DNA of 62,827 bases, filler included, from Globobulimina sp. (GCA_003354225.1; 49 parts of 49 records of this genome joined end to end with filler, not necessarily neighbours in it), one strand, 5' to 3'; positions 1-12,114 are shown, counted from the whole stretch's first letter. Program-made: numbers and translations. The notes: generated by a model not told the origin, from the letters alone.

Positions 1-705
1 AAATTTCTGGTATTCTTTTAATTTTAATTTACGATCAGCAATGTGTTGATGCGCAGTTTGTACAAATTGTTTTAAATTCGTTCCCGATGCAATATATTGC
101 AAAACAAGGTAATAATCAGCCTCTGACTCGAAGAAATCAACATATTTAACAATATAATCACCAATGCAGTGATTATCGACGGTTAAATGTTTTAAAATCA
201 ACGCTTCTTTGATGATGTCCTCGGTCACACAGAAGGTCATTCCATCTCCATCGTTGGCTATTTTTTGCTCAAATAACGCTTTATCAGTTCGCTTAATGGC
301 TACGTATTTATCTGTTTTCATGTCTTGGGCTTTAAATAATGCGCCTTGTAATGTGTCGCATATTTTATCTATTTTTGTATATCCATGCTCAGCAAATGGA
401 TTATTTTCATCGATGTCTGACATTATCTGCAATAATTCTGTAAAGTCCATAGATTCCATATCGACTGTGCTCATTCGTCGGTCTTCAGAAGCAACAGAAT
501 CAACAGAATTTGGAGAACCATTCGTTTGTTTTTGCAGATCTAACGCAGCACACTCAATGTCAAGACAAATGGAGGAAATTGGAGGTGCTGCTTTATCGGT
601 GCATGCAGGTTTGATGCTAATTTTCTTGCCATTTGTGTAAAGTTCAGAGTTCGCCGCAGATAATGCGTAGTTAGATGTGCTGGATGCTGGCAGTACGACA
701 TTCAT
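1..705 (-). CDS. Ser/Thr protein kinase, N-terminal part (runs off window start; missing from ORF track)
   Basis: Manual translation from ATG at 705: ...GYTKIDKICDTLQGALFKAQDMKTDKYVAIKRTDK...EDIIKEALILKHL...IVKYVDFFESEADYYLVLQYI. Shows the VAIK lysine, alphaC glutamate and hinge, with a degenerate Gly-loop. Confidence 0.9.
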   Translation of the reverse strand, partial: MNVVLPASSTSNYALSAANSELYTNGKKISIKPACTDKAAPPISSICLDIECAALDLQKQTNGSPNSVDSVASEDRRMSTVDMESMDFTELLQIMSDIDENNPFAEHGYTKIDKICDTLQGALFKAQDMKTDKYVAIKRTDKALFEQKIANDGDGMTFCVTEDIIKEALILKHLTVDNHCIGDYIVKYVDFFESEADYYLVLQYIASGTNLKQFVQTAHQHIADRKLKLKEYQKF

Positions 706-770
706 TTTGGCAGTGAAAGGTTAAAATGAGTAGAAAATTTACAAATATACTGATTCACAGTATTAAAACT

Positions 771-1166
771 TTAGTTTGTGCAATTGTCAGTATCAGGACA
801 TCCACAAGTTTTACATGGATATGATTCATTTCCATACCAGAAATTTGGTAATTTACTATCAGTGTTGTAATACCATTCAACTGCTGCATCTTTTGCTGAT
901 ATATTATCAATTGTGATACTACTATGACTCCATGATGTGCTGCAATGATGTGCTGAATCAAAAAATGCAGCTCTATATCCCACTGCTACTGTAATCACAT
1001 TATTTATCAATGTTTCACTCAAATTATTTCCAAATTCGTTAACAGCCACAACATCTGAAGTATTTTCTAAGTCATATTGTATTTGAAATGAATCATAATT
1101 TGATTGTAATACAAACATTCCAGGCGACGGCAACGCGATAAAAGGTGGCATATTCTGCGCAAACAT
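771..1166 (-). CDS. Hypothetical protein, C-terminal fragment with Cys-rich tail
   Basis: 131-aa ORF ending PCKTCGCPDTDNCTN; no family recognised. Confidence 0.5.
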   Translation of the reverse strand: MFAQNMPPFIALPSPGMFVLQSNYDSFQIQYDLENTSDVVAVNEFGNNLSETLINNVITVAVGYRAAFFDSAHHCSTSWSHSSITIDNISAKDAAVEWYYNTDSKLPNFWYGNESYPCKTCGCPDTDNCTN

Positions 1167-1185
1167 ACAGTGCCATTCAGTATTT

Positions 1186-1285
1186 NNNNNNNNNNNNNNN
1201 NNNNNNNNNNNNNNNNNNNNNNNNNNNNNTTAATTAATTAANNNNNNNNNNNNNNNNNNNNNNNNNNNNNNNNNNNNNNNNNNNN
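1186..1285. other. Artificial contig spacer N44-TTAATTAATTAA-N44 (first of 48 identical spacers)
   Basis: Identical 100-nt block recurs after every 1183-1185 bp. TTAATTAATTAA gives stops in all six frames, and contig lengths fall monotonically. Confidence 0.99.
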
Positions 1286-2302
1286 ACTTGTTTTAAAACT
1301 ATTCACCATTTCTAATACATCATCATCATCATTGCTAGCTTTTATATCATCGATATCAACATCTCTCATATCAGCCATTACCATATCTGTCATACTAACC
1401 TTTCCCATGATAGTTTTCACCAAACCACTATCATTATTATCTCCTGAATGAGTCGACATTTCTACATGACTCACACTTGAAACACGATCAATTATTGACT
1501 TATTCAGTCGTTTTTTCTTCCGAAATTTATAAAAACATAATGCAAAAACACCAAATACAAAACATATAACAATTATACTCACTGCAATATACAGACCAGA
1601 ATTACTATCTTTTTGATTTGCCGCAATGTGACTTTCATAATCGTTGCTGGCCGAATTTGTCGTGCTTTCTTCTTGTTGTTTTTCTGCGAATGTTGGCGAT
1701 TTTGTTGGTAAATCAGTAGGTGATTTGCTTGGTGACTTTGATGGATATTTTGTTGGCACAAATGTTGGCTCTTCAGTTTGTTTTGATGGGCCCACTGTTG
1801 TCGGCACAGATGTGGGTACAGATGTTGTTAGCGCAGAGCTGGGCGCAGCGGATGGACTGGCAGTGTACCTTTGTTGATTCTGAGGAAACGTTATGCGCAC
1901 TTTGGATATTCTGGCATCACTCGTAGCAGTTCGAAAGCCAACGGATCCAGCGGCATAACTAGCATCTGAATAATTAAATAAATATTCATTTTCCTCATAG
2001 ATTTTGAAGGTATTTCCAACACATTCAACACGGACTAAATACGGTGTACCCAATGAATGTGCTCCTGCTCCCATCGAATGAGTGTATAGTATGGTTTGTG
2101 TATCATGAAGCTTTACAAACTCATAACAATCGGTCATCATCCTGACTAAGTAAGCATTGCCACAGTTATTCGCATTGCAATCGAGATTTGTTGCGCGGAA
2201 AAGAGGTCCGACAGAATTTCCAGATCTTATGACAGTACCACAACAAATGAGATTGAAATTAATTAACACGAAAACGAATAATTGGCATTGAAACATGTAC
2301 AA
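1286..2302 (-). CDS. Type I membrane protein: beta-sandwich (ConA/DUF1080-like) ectodomain, PT-rich stalk, TM helix (partial)
   Basis: YLVRVECVGNTFKIY...YAAGSVGFRT, PTKxP repeats, hydrophobic LYIAVSIIVICFVFGVFALCFY followed by KFRKKKR. Confidence 0.7.
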
Positions 2303-2642
2303 AAAATGACGGCTTATTCGTTTTTGTGTTATTAAACTAGTTATTCACATCACATATGTTGCGGTACTAAATTAATTTACATTAAATTTACGATCATTTC
2401 TATTTTATAGTCTGTCCACAGCAATGAGTCTGGATCTTTCTCTCCAATCCAGGCGTGCCTACTGGCGGCGNNNNNNNNNNNNNNNNNNNNNNNNNNNNNN
2501 NNNNNNNNNNNNNNTTAATTAATTAANNNNNNNNNNNNNNNNNNNNNNNNNNNNNNNNNNNNNNNNNNNNCTACGTATGGCTTATATCAATTGAGTGTGG
2601 GCGTGACACCAACGATTATGGCCGCAAAGACATACATTTATC

Positions 2643-3533
2643 GTGGCACACATTGATACGAATATAAGGGATAAAGGCTTTGATAGCACGCAATTGTTAA
2701 GTTATTGGGATGGGAATATTGGTGTTTTTCTCAATACGTTGGATGGAAATGATTCCAATTTGAGTGATAATATGCTTTCAAGCGGGGCGATTACTTTCAG
2801 TTCGACAGCAAATGGTGATGTACCATATGGATACATTATTAAATATCCATTAAATATTTATGACAGTTTGGATGAGAAAACCCAGAAAAATTCACATGGT
2901 AATAATGGATATATTGAGTTTGGAGTTGTATTGGATGTAACACATAATACTAATAGAAGTGTTATAGCATTATCAAGTGTTCAATTGTATGAAATTAATA
3001 GGTATTCGAGTGTAATATCACAAGTTAAGAAGTCAACAAATAAAATTATTGAAGGACTTTTGACTTTTGCAGATAACACAAATGTTGCGACTGGAACATT
3101 AATGTGGCCAAATTTTACAATTGTTTTTGTGCAATCACCCGGTGCACAAATTATTATATCTGGTAATGATGTATTTGGTAATTTTGATTATGTGACATTT
3201 GATTTATTGGATATGAATACATCGAATTTAAATATTTCAATGCAAACAGTGTCGCCAACGCTATCGCCTATAACCAGTAATACAACACCATCGCCAAGTA
3301 AATCCCCTGTGACTAGCAACACAGTGAGTACATCTGTTTTAGTATCAACATCATCGCCAAGTGAATATGAAGATAAATCATCAAACAAATCAAAAGGATT
3401 AGATATTATACCTTCATATGTATGGTTAATAGTTTTTGTTTTATTAATTATTGTAATTATCGCATTGTTTGTATTATTTTGTAAAGTAAGAAAAGATAAA
3501 TTATCGTATGTTCAAATGACAAGTAACTTGTAA
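2643..3533 (+). CDS. Single-pass membrane protein with S/T/P-rich stalk (5' partial)
   Basis: 296-aa ORF; SPT-rich linker, then TM VWLIVFVLLIIVIIALFVLFC and basic residues. Confidence 0.7.
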   Translation: MAHIDTNIRDKGFDSTQLLSYWDGNIGVFLNTLDGNDSNLSDNMLSSGAITFSSTANGDVPYGYIIKYPLNIYDSLDEKTQKNSHGNNGYIEFGVVLDVTHNTNRSVIALSSVQLYEINRYSSVISQVKKSTNKIIEGLLTFADNTNVATGTLMWPNFTIVFVQSPGAQIIISGNDVFGNFDYVTFDLLDMNTSNLNISMQTVSPTLSPITSNTTPSPSKSPVTSNTVSTSVLVSTSSPSEYEDKSSNKSKGLDIIPSYVWLIVFVLLIIVIIALFVLFCKVRKDKLSYVQMTSNL

Positions 3534-3855
3534 TAATTTTACTATGTATTTTTTGTGTTGTAGTTATATTTGTTGAATTAACATTAATCGACAAATTATA
3601 TTTGTACATCTGTAGTTATATTTGTTGAATGTAGTTATATTTGTACATCTGATTACAAAATCGACAAATTAAAACCTCTGCGATAACTGCAGTTGAAAAA
3701 CTCTACCAAACTAACTAAACGATATATTCCAAAAGATAACCCCCCCCCGTTTGGANNNNNNNNNNNNNNNNNNNNNNNNNNNNNNNNNNNNNNNNNNNNT
3801 TAATTAATTAANNNNNNNNNNNNNNNNNNNNNNNNNNNNNNNNNNNNNNNNNNNN

Positions 3856-4253
3856 TATGACAATGGTTCAAAAGTTAAGAATTCTGTGTAATATGTTGTT
3901 ATACCAAATACTGTATCAATTCCAGTGTCACCGTACCATCTTCCAATTAATTCGGATATTATACCAATTGGATCTGAACAATATTGGTTACGAAATGGAA
4001 ATTGTTTGGATGGTAATCCAATGGAATTTGGACCATCCGCAGAAACATCAAAAATGTCATTTGCTGGATTTGGAGGGACTGAATGAAGGGACTCATGTTT
4101 ACTGTAAATAGCAATTAAAATAATGATGATTATAAATTGAAAACCAACAATATATTTTAACCAATTAGTTTTGGTGCGTTTGCTTGCATTTTGTGCATCT
4201 TGTAATGGTGCAGAATAATTTTTGTTGCAACAAAGCTCGAGGATAAACTGCAT
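3856..4253 (-). CDS. Hypothetical type II membrane protein (3' partial)
   Basis: TM IVGFQFIIIIILIAIY near the N-terminus; divergent from the next ORF. Confidence 0.5.
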
Positions 4254-4347
4254 GGTTGTAAGAGAGTAGAGTTAGTAGAAAACGTTAGCCATAAAATCAA
4301 CTAATTCCTCACATTCTTGCGTTGTAGACACCATTTGGCAGAAATTA

Positions 4348-5040
4348 GTGACCAAAATGGGACAGAACCAAACCTCACCTCTCGAATCAAATGGTAATTT
4401 AGAAAATAACGAAATAATTGAACCACATGCACAAAACACTCACATCACCATTATTGAAAACAGTGAAACCATTTCAGCTGCCACATTATGCCCAAAAACA
4501 GATGGAGAAAATACCAAAACAAGAATGCTACCAAGCTATGCTTATGCAGCGGAAGAAAAAAAAAGTGATACAAGGCACAAAACTGACGTATCAGAATATG
4601 CAGTGAATTATGAACATGTCAATATGACAATTGCTGGATTTGCAGCTTCCACAAAAACAAATGACAACCATTCCGGATTTAAATTATTAGATATTTTCGA
4701 AAACATGAACATTGTGACAAGTGATTGTACGATGTGGCAAGTTGCAACAAAGCAAAACGCCAAAAATAGAATGAAATCTGTGATTGAGTTTGCGGAAAAT
4801 AATGCAAGCTGTTCTAAAGAGGTTAAGGTAAAATTACGGATTATCACAAAGTTAATAATGGATTCTGCGAATAAAAATGATTATAAATATATATTATTAT
4901 TAATTGCGAGTCACGGAGATGTCTGCAATGTGATGAAAGAGGTATATTTTTCATGCATGATGTTATTTATTGACAGCATGAATTGCCAACAAATTGACAA
5001 CTTTTATCCAACAGTTATAAGAGTGTCTGAATTAAATACT
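4348..5040 (+). CDS. Hypothetical protein (3' partial)
   Basis: Open frame of about 230 aa to the contig end; no family recognised. Confidence 0.55.
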
Positions 5041-5140
5041 NNNNNNNNNNNNNNNNNNNNNNNNNNNNNNNNNNNNNNNNNNNNTTAATTAATTAANNNN
5101 NNNNNNNNNNNNNNNNNNNNNNNNNNNNNNNNNNNNNNNN

Positions 5141-5993
5141 TTATTGCTCCCAATCTCCAGTTGCAAGGATGCCACATTAGAGTTCAAAGAGTCCCATGGC
5201 ATGGTCTCCTTCACATCGTCTATTAAACTGAATGTTTTATGATGAACCTGTTTCTCTCTGCATTCCTTTAACAATTCCATCCATTCTCTCTAATTAGTAC
5301 GGATTATATGAATTATATAATAAATAGCCAGGAAAATATATAAAAACATACCCGATCATCAGCGGTGATGCAGCACAAAACCCATATTCTGCGCTCAGTG
5401 ATTAAATGGAAAGTATATGCTTTGTCTTTATGGTTTTTGATTTTTACCACCTCATTTAAAGCAATTGTACCTAACCGTTTTTTGCATTGTCGACCTTGAT
5501 AATATCTTAACTGTTTGTATTTATTTAATACAAAAAACCTCCTTTTCCATGAAGTATTTTTTTCGCCTCGTTTTTGTAAAAATCCTCTTTTTATGATACC
5601 ATCATAAATATATTTATCAAATACGATCATCCATTTATTAAAATTTTTGGGATCAAAGGCAGAAAATATCCATTTTCGTTTGGGAGTGTATAATATAAAT
5701 ATATATTTCTCATCGCATCGTATCTCATTAGTTAGGGCGATATTTGTCGGTATGGAGCCTAAAAATGATAAATCATAATCTGATGAATGCAACACTTTAA
5801 TGTCATAGATGTCGTTGAATTCGATGGCTCCCATTAAATTTGCACTGATTTTGCTGTCATAATATTGCAAATATACTTCCCCGTTTATCTCTGATATTAT
5901 ACACCATCGATTCTTCCACGATTTGTTTATTTTACCTTTCTTCTTTAACTGTCCTTCATAAATTAGATTTGGCATAGCGTAGCAGTATGTCAC
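5141..5993 (-). CDS. Tandem PH-domain protein; intron 5290-5351
   Basis: Two PH signatures: EGQLKKKGKINKSWKNRW and RGFLQKRGEKNTSWKRRFFVL. Splicing GTATGT...CTAATTAG restores the C-terminal helix DDRREWMELL. Confidence 0.92.
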
Positions 5994-6594
5994 TCAGTTT
6001 TTGGATGCTAACAATTTTACTCGCTACTTGACTCAAGTGAAAACCTAGAAACATTAAATAAACAATTAATCCTTGCGGACAAGAAGTCGACATAAATTAC
6101 ATTTTACTGCATTGGATGACAATTTACTGCTTTATCGAAAACAACGCCTATAAACAAGTTTTATTTGTATACTGTAAAACTAACTTTATTGTATAACAAT
6201 GAAATAAAATTAAAATTGTCGACAAGCGACGTAGACTCCTGGGTAGGAATTAATTTATTTCCTCAATTTTATATTTTTTCAAATACAAGATTTTTTAGTT
6301 TTCAAATATAAGATTATGTCGACTCNNNNNNNNNNNNNNNNNNNNNNNNNNNNNNNNNNNNNNNNNNNNTTAATTAATTAANNNNNNNNNNNNNNNNNNN
6401 NNNNNNNNNNNNNNNNNNNNNNNNNTGGGACTCTTCTGCTGCCGCACCATCCCTTCGATTGTTCATAGTCGTTGTTCTGTACAATACTGCCACTACTGGG
6501 TGTCACCGTGTGGTACACAGTCTACCACCTTCTCCAGTGACCTCCAGGTCCCTGGCCCACCATTGGGGTACTTGTACTTCGGGAAGTCTCCAGA

Positions 6595-7551
6595 TCACCA
6601 TAATGGCATGGTCCTAAACTGCCCTGTGGACGTCAAGTGCAGTGCCTTGGTTTTAAAACCAACTTCATCATGAACATGCCCATACAAATGGATCTTTGGT
6701 TTAATTCTATCTCTAATATGATTTAATAACTTTTTGCATCCCCAATGTGCATATTTTGTATGAACAGCACCACATAATTTGCATTTATCCTTATTTTTAT
6801 ATTTATGACCAAAGGCAAGATCAAATATACCCATTGGTGGCAAATGTGTAACTACAATGTCTGTGTCAGTCGGTATCTTTTCCCATTTTCTATACAAAAA
6901 ATTCCAATCGCCACCAAAAGAGAATGCCATCCCACTACACGTCGTCCATGGAGTGCCGTATATTTTCAATCCATATAAGCAAACGTATGAATCTTGCAAA
7001 TAAATACAATTTGTCAACAAATATTTCTGTATAAATTCTTTGCTCAAATCATTAAAAATACATTCATGATTCCCTGCAATCACAACTTTATATTTATGCG
7101 GTAAGCCACCAATCCATGCATTAAAATCGATGATTTCCGATGGAATGTATTTTTTCAATTCCTTTGCTTTTGTTATGTTATTTTCAATGATAAATCTCTC
7201 CATTTGTTTACCATCAACATTCTCGTTCCAATAACAATGTGTTACAAAATCACCGGAATGAATTAATATATCACCAAAGGGTATTAATGATTGCATTCTA
7301 TAATGTTTTCCATGCGTATCGCTACAATGAGCTATACGAATTGATGCGACATTGTCATTCTTATGTTCATTCTCTAGATCCTCCATTGCTACGTACTGTT
7401 TTGTAGGCAAATGTATATCCGGACATTCCCATATTTTTGCGTTTTTCTGTTTATACGGAGATTCATTGGACACTGAACCATCAATATTTTTGAGCTTTGT
7501 TTTTGTGTGTTTTAATTTTACTTTTTTCAAATCCTTCAAAAACGCAGCCAT
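6595..7551 (-). CDS. Metallophosphoesterase (MPPED/239FB-like), with WH2-like N-terminus; C-terminus replaced by foreign sequence
   Basis: Calcineurin-like motifs SDTH, HSGDF, AGNHE, THLPP, GHVHD. The expected final strand is missing after about 6650. Confidence 0.9.
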   Translation of the reverse strand: MAAFLKDLKKVKLKHTKTKLKNIDGSVSNESPYKQKNAKIWECPDIHLPTKQYVAMEDLENEHKNDNVASIRIAHCSDTHGKHYRMQSLIPFGDILIHSGDFVTHCYWNENVDGKQMERFIIENNITKAKELKKYIPSEIIDFNAWIGGLPHKYKVVIAGNHECIFNDLSKEFIQKYLLTNCIYLQDSYVCLYGLKIYGTPWTTCSGMAFSFGGDWNFLYRKWEKIPTDTDIVVTHLPPMGIFDLAFGHKYKNKDKCKLCGAVHTKYAHWGCKKLLNHIRDRIKPKIHLYGHVHDEVGFKTKALHLTSTGQFRTMPLW

Positions 7552-7710
7552 TGTTTAATAAAAAATTAAAAGAAAACTTAATTCAAAAACATTAGTACAA
7601 TTCGTACAGCNNNNNNNNNNNNNNNNNNNNNNNNNNNNNNNNNNNNNNNNNNNNTTAATTAATTAANNNNNNNNNNNNNNNNNNNNNNNNNNNNNNNNNN
7701 NNNNNNNNNN

Positions 7711-8862
7711 CATAAATTCAAACATAAAATGTAAACAAATAACACCGATAACTCTTTGAGTATTCAGTTCTTTTCCGTTTTCAATATTTAATAAAATCAA
7801 AATCGATATAAAATATGAGTAATAAATAAATGATATAATTAACTCCATCAAGTATTCCAATGATACAAACCGATTCCATTTATGGTGTTTTGCTTTAATT
7901 TCATCACATTTTGCTGCCAATGTTTTCAATAAAATTTTAAAAATAGAAACATAACAAATTAATATAAAATAAATAAATAGAAAATACGTTTCTAAAATAG
8001 TTTGAGCAATATCAATAAACAATAAATTACAGAAACAAAACAATGTATAAGATATTAAAAAGAGGCAAATATAAATATTTTTTTTCGATGTGGTTGTTCT
8101 TGTCACAGAATATACGCTGTCATGTCTCTCATGTTGATCATCATTGAAATCATCATCAATCTCTAACAAACCTAGTTCCATCGTATCTGTATTAATGGTG
8201 GAATCTAAAATATATCTGGTTGAAGCCCGTATGGTTGATATTCTATGAATCTCTGCTTTGTGTTGTAACCATGCAATGCCACTGGAAATAATAAATGTAA
8301 ATATTATAACCAGCGCATGTTCAAATATTAAAAGGAACTTTAAAATGGATATATTACCACAAGCCACAAATGAACATATGAACGAATTAAATCCAACTAA
8401 ACGCCATGCAGTTAGCGGATAAACTGTTTCTATCAAAATATGTAACATTGTCAATAGAATGGTTATTGAGATTATAAAGCAAAATGATTTTACTATTGTT
8501 TTTATGTCATTTGTTACAAATATTTGTTTGAATATGTATGATTCCGTGGAGACTGTGAGTAAAATGATGGATATTAGACATGAAAATAATGAGACAAAAA
8601 AGGAATAACAAATTTGATTGAAATATAATGCATTTACATGTTTGTATGAATATGAAAATAATATATCCTCTTTATTAGTGTTTGTTGAATCCCAATGAAT
8701 TAAATAAATGGTAATCCAATGAAATAATATGTATCCACATAAACTAGCAGTTAATATGACCAACGTTATGCATAAGATGGATCTATGTACACTGAGTCCA
8801 GATTTAAATGAATCAGTAAACGGTCCCAAGTAATATTCATATGTTGCGGCAAAAGTTGGCAT
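7711..8862 (-). CDS. Multi-pass membrane protein (partial)
   Basis: About 380-aa ORF with about 9 hydrophobic segments and an acidic loop. Confidence 0.7.
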
Positions 8863-9301
8863 TGTATGACCTAACGTTCAAAGTAAAAAAAAATGNNNNN
8901 NNNNNNNNNNNNNNNNNNNNNNNNNNNNNNNNNNNNNNNTTAATTAATTAANNNNNNNNNNNNNNNNNNNNNNNNNNNNNNNNNNNNNNNNNNNNATTGA
9001 CATTATTATTTAATTGAATCGAACCCGGAATAAAATTCTACAGGTGAATGAACTAGAAATTAAAGGAGAGAAGTAAAGATGTAAAAATATAAAATGAAAT
9101 TGCTATTATGATACCATAACTACTCAACACTATATGATTATGAGTCCTTTGTAACTAGGCAGCCCTCTCACCATTCATAATTGCTGTCAGCTGCAGTAAT
9201 AAACAGCAATTGCACGCACCAGTAGATTGATATCATAATTCCAGCGATTGATATCATCCCAGCGAGTACTAAAAGTCTAAAACTTGCAAAAATATTTTTA
9301 A

Positions 9302-10180
9302 ATGGCAACTTCACCAACAACAAATGATGCCAGCATAGTAAATCCAATGAAAAGAGCATTTAAATATGGAAATATAGATGTAACAAACATAGAATGTGAT
9401 AATCGAGCCTTGAGAATTTATTTAGACGGCGTCTTTGATATGACACATTATGGACATTTTAGATTATTTAAAGCCGTGAAAGAGAAATTCCCACAAAGTG
9501 TGGTAGTGGTTGGTGTATCTGGTGATGAAGAAACGAATCGTTTGAAAGGGCAAACTGTAATGAATCAAGAAGAACGGAGCGAATCAATAGCATTTTGTCG
9601 TTTTGTGGACGAAGTGATTTGTCCATGTCCGTGGATAATAACACAATCATTTATTGATGCGAATAAAATAGATTATGTGGCTCACGATGTAGCGCCATAC
9701 ACATCGGGGTCGAATGCCAGTGGCGATATTTATGATTTTGTTAAAAAACAAGGCCGATTTATAGCGACACAAAGAACGGATGGAATCTCGACCACCGGCT
9801 TAATAAATAGAATTATTTGCCGCTACAATGAATACGTTTTAAGGAATTTGAAACGTGGCATCAGTAGAAAAGAACTAAATGTCTCATGGACGCGACAGAA
9901 AAGAATTGAAATGAAGGATAAAATGAAGGATAAATTGGGTATTATTACTGACAATGTTCAAAAATGGATGGATGAGCCCCATTCGTTTGTTGATGATTTT
10001 CTTAAAGTATTTGGTGCTGATGGCAAAATATTAAAAAAAGTTCAAGAGCAAAGAGAGAAAATTATCGAAAAAATTATCGAAGATAATCCACATTTGACCC
10101 CATTTCTAAATACCAAAGTTTTATTTATTTGTATTGCTGTTGGCATTGCTGCCATTTTATTACTTTACTTATATATTTAA
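9302..10180 (+). CDS. PCYT1: Choline-phosphate cytidylyltransferase (CCT)
   Basis: RIYLDGVFDMTHYGH (HxGH), CRFVDEV, IDYVAHD, TQRTDGISTT, YVLRNLKRG...ELNVS. Confidence 0.93.
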   Translation: MATSPTTNDASIVNPMKRAFKYGNIDVTNIECDNRALRIYLDGVFDMTHYGHFRLFKAVKEKFPQSVVVVGVSGDEETNRLKGQTVMNQEERSESIAFCRFVDEVICPCPWIITQSFIDANKIDYVAHDVAPYTSGSNASGDIYDFVKKQGRFIATQRTDGISTTGLINRIICRYNEYVLRNLKRGISRKELNVSWTRQKRIEMKDKMKDKLGIITDNVQKWMDEPHSFVDDFLKVFGADGKILKKVQEQREKIIEKIIEDNPHLTPFLNTKVLFICIAVGIAAILLLYLYI

Positions 10181-10280
10181 NNNNNNNNNNNNNNNNNNNN
10201 NNNNNNNNNNNNNNNNNNNNNNNNTTAATTAATTAANNNNNNNNNNNNNNNNNNNNNNNNNNNNNNNNNNNNNNNNNNNN

Positions 10281-11465
10281 CATGTCTTAATTCAGTGAAT
10301 GGTCCTTTTACTACATCATATATTTCAAATGGATCGTATTTAACTTCTAAGATAAATTCAAAAATTCCATCAATATCTTTTTTGATCATGAATTGAAAGC
10401 AAATGAACACACATTGAACATACAAAACAATCACAAACCTGATAAAGTATGAGATGTCACATTGGGAGAACCAAAATATTCATCACATATCGTCCCCAAT
10501 TCTGCTACGCTGTGATTACTTATATTCAAATATAAGTTTAATTCGACGGAGCTATTATGTTGATACAAAGTTATATTTTGGTTGCATGTTCCACTACATT
10601 TCGGATCTAAAATTGCGTAAATATCCAACCAATAACAAGTAATATCTGTCTTTTTAGCTGATAACAAAAACTTTGATATATTTAATTCATTTAATTTATA
10701 CAACATTTGACACGACTGACTGAAGTATTTATTTTGCGTGCAATCAAATTCTATCCCTTCGCATGGAAGATGATGAATATCGTACTCACTTCGAGCTAAT
10801 TCAACAACATCGTCTTCCAATTTAATCCAATCTGTATCATATCGTATAAATCGTCTGTCCCTCGGATTGCCACATTCTAATTGCACTCGATCAGGACGGC
10901 CATGTGTAATATGCACATTGTCACTGTATTTATACATAATAATATCCATTTCAATGTTATCATCACTGTGCATTACCATATCATCGCAGGAAAAGTCATC
11001 AGCACACATAATAGCAACTTGGTAGCGGATTTCTGTTATATTTGTCATATATAATTCTATATTCATAGCCTGACAAGAATGACTCGCAAGGCAATATAAT
11101 GAAAATGCTCCAGTATTGCGAGTACGCGTTTTGATGCTTGTCGAGTTACACGAATATCGATCGACACATAAAAACGTCATATTTGCAATATTTGTATCTG
11201 CAATGTACTCCATCTCTGCACATCCATTAATTATCCCATTATCTCCTTCGCATACTACGGATAACGCATTTATGTAATTATAAGTGTTGTCGTTCGTGGC
11301 CAAAGCACTTATCTTTAGTTGTCTGCACGAATCAGTACCAACACAATGAAGCAACACAAGTTCAGTCGATATGCCATCAAATAACATACTAACTTGATAA
11401 CAAGACTGCAATCCATAGCATTTGATATTAATCCGATCAATAATCGATTCAAATATACTTATTTC
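10281..11465 (-). CDS. Cys-rich repeat extracellular protein (partial); intron 10377-10438
   Basis: Repeated CxxxxSC units (CVGTDSC, CVDRYSC, CLASHSC, CADDFSC). GT..AG removal joins HTLS-DIDGIFEF in frame. Confidence 0.7.
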
Positions 11466-11582
11466 NNNNNNNNNNNNNNNNNNNNNNNNNNNNNNNNNNN
11501 NNNNNNNNNTTAATTAATTAANNNNNNNNNNNNNNNNNNNNNNNNNNNNNNNNNNNNNNNNNNNNCGCCTGTTATTAATACA

Positions 11583-11813
11583 GTGCCAAATTCAACGGTT
11601 ATGTTTTCATTGCAGAGTCCATGGGTGATTATGATTGGAAGTGTGTTGGCAATGATTTTAGTGCTTAATATTGGATTTATGTGTTATGTGAATCATTGCT
11701 GTTGCAGTAGACAACAGAGGCGAATGATTTCATTGAATAGGAACAGAAGGAGTGGATATAAGTCGGTGAAAGTCGTGGATTCTGAGGATTCAAGCGAGGT
11801 TAATGCAGAGTAA
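11583..11813 (+). CDS. C-terminal fragment of single-pass membrane protein
   Basis: TM WVIMIGSVLAMILVLNIGFMCY, then CCC, a basic stretch and an acidic tail. Confidence 0.6.
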   Translation: MPNSTVMFSLQSPWVIMIGSVLAMILVLNIGFMCYVNHCCCSRQQRRMISLNRNRRSGYKSVKVVDSEDSSEVNAE

Positions 11814-12114
11814 TTGACAAATTATTAAATAATTAAATTGAAAAATTAGTTGTCCAGGAGGACCAGATCTACATCCAGGTGGTATCTAATTTTTCAATTT
11901 TTCGATTTTTTTTTATTTTTTTTTAGTTTGAATGGCCTCAATTTTGTTTTGTTACATAAAAATATTTTCTTTCATTCTTTTTGATCTTTTCGTTGTTTTG
12001 TTGAATCTAGATTGCTTTTGTGTGTTGTTATATATATTGAACAATATCGTGTGATTAAATATAAATTAATAAGTATCATCCTTGCACCTAAGTACAAATT
12101 TCGAGTGTATCACC

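Noticed and set aside
209..640. 143-aa plus-strand ORF
   Set aside because: Antisense shadow of the minus-strand kinase.
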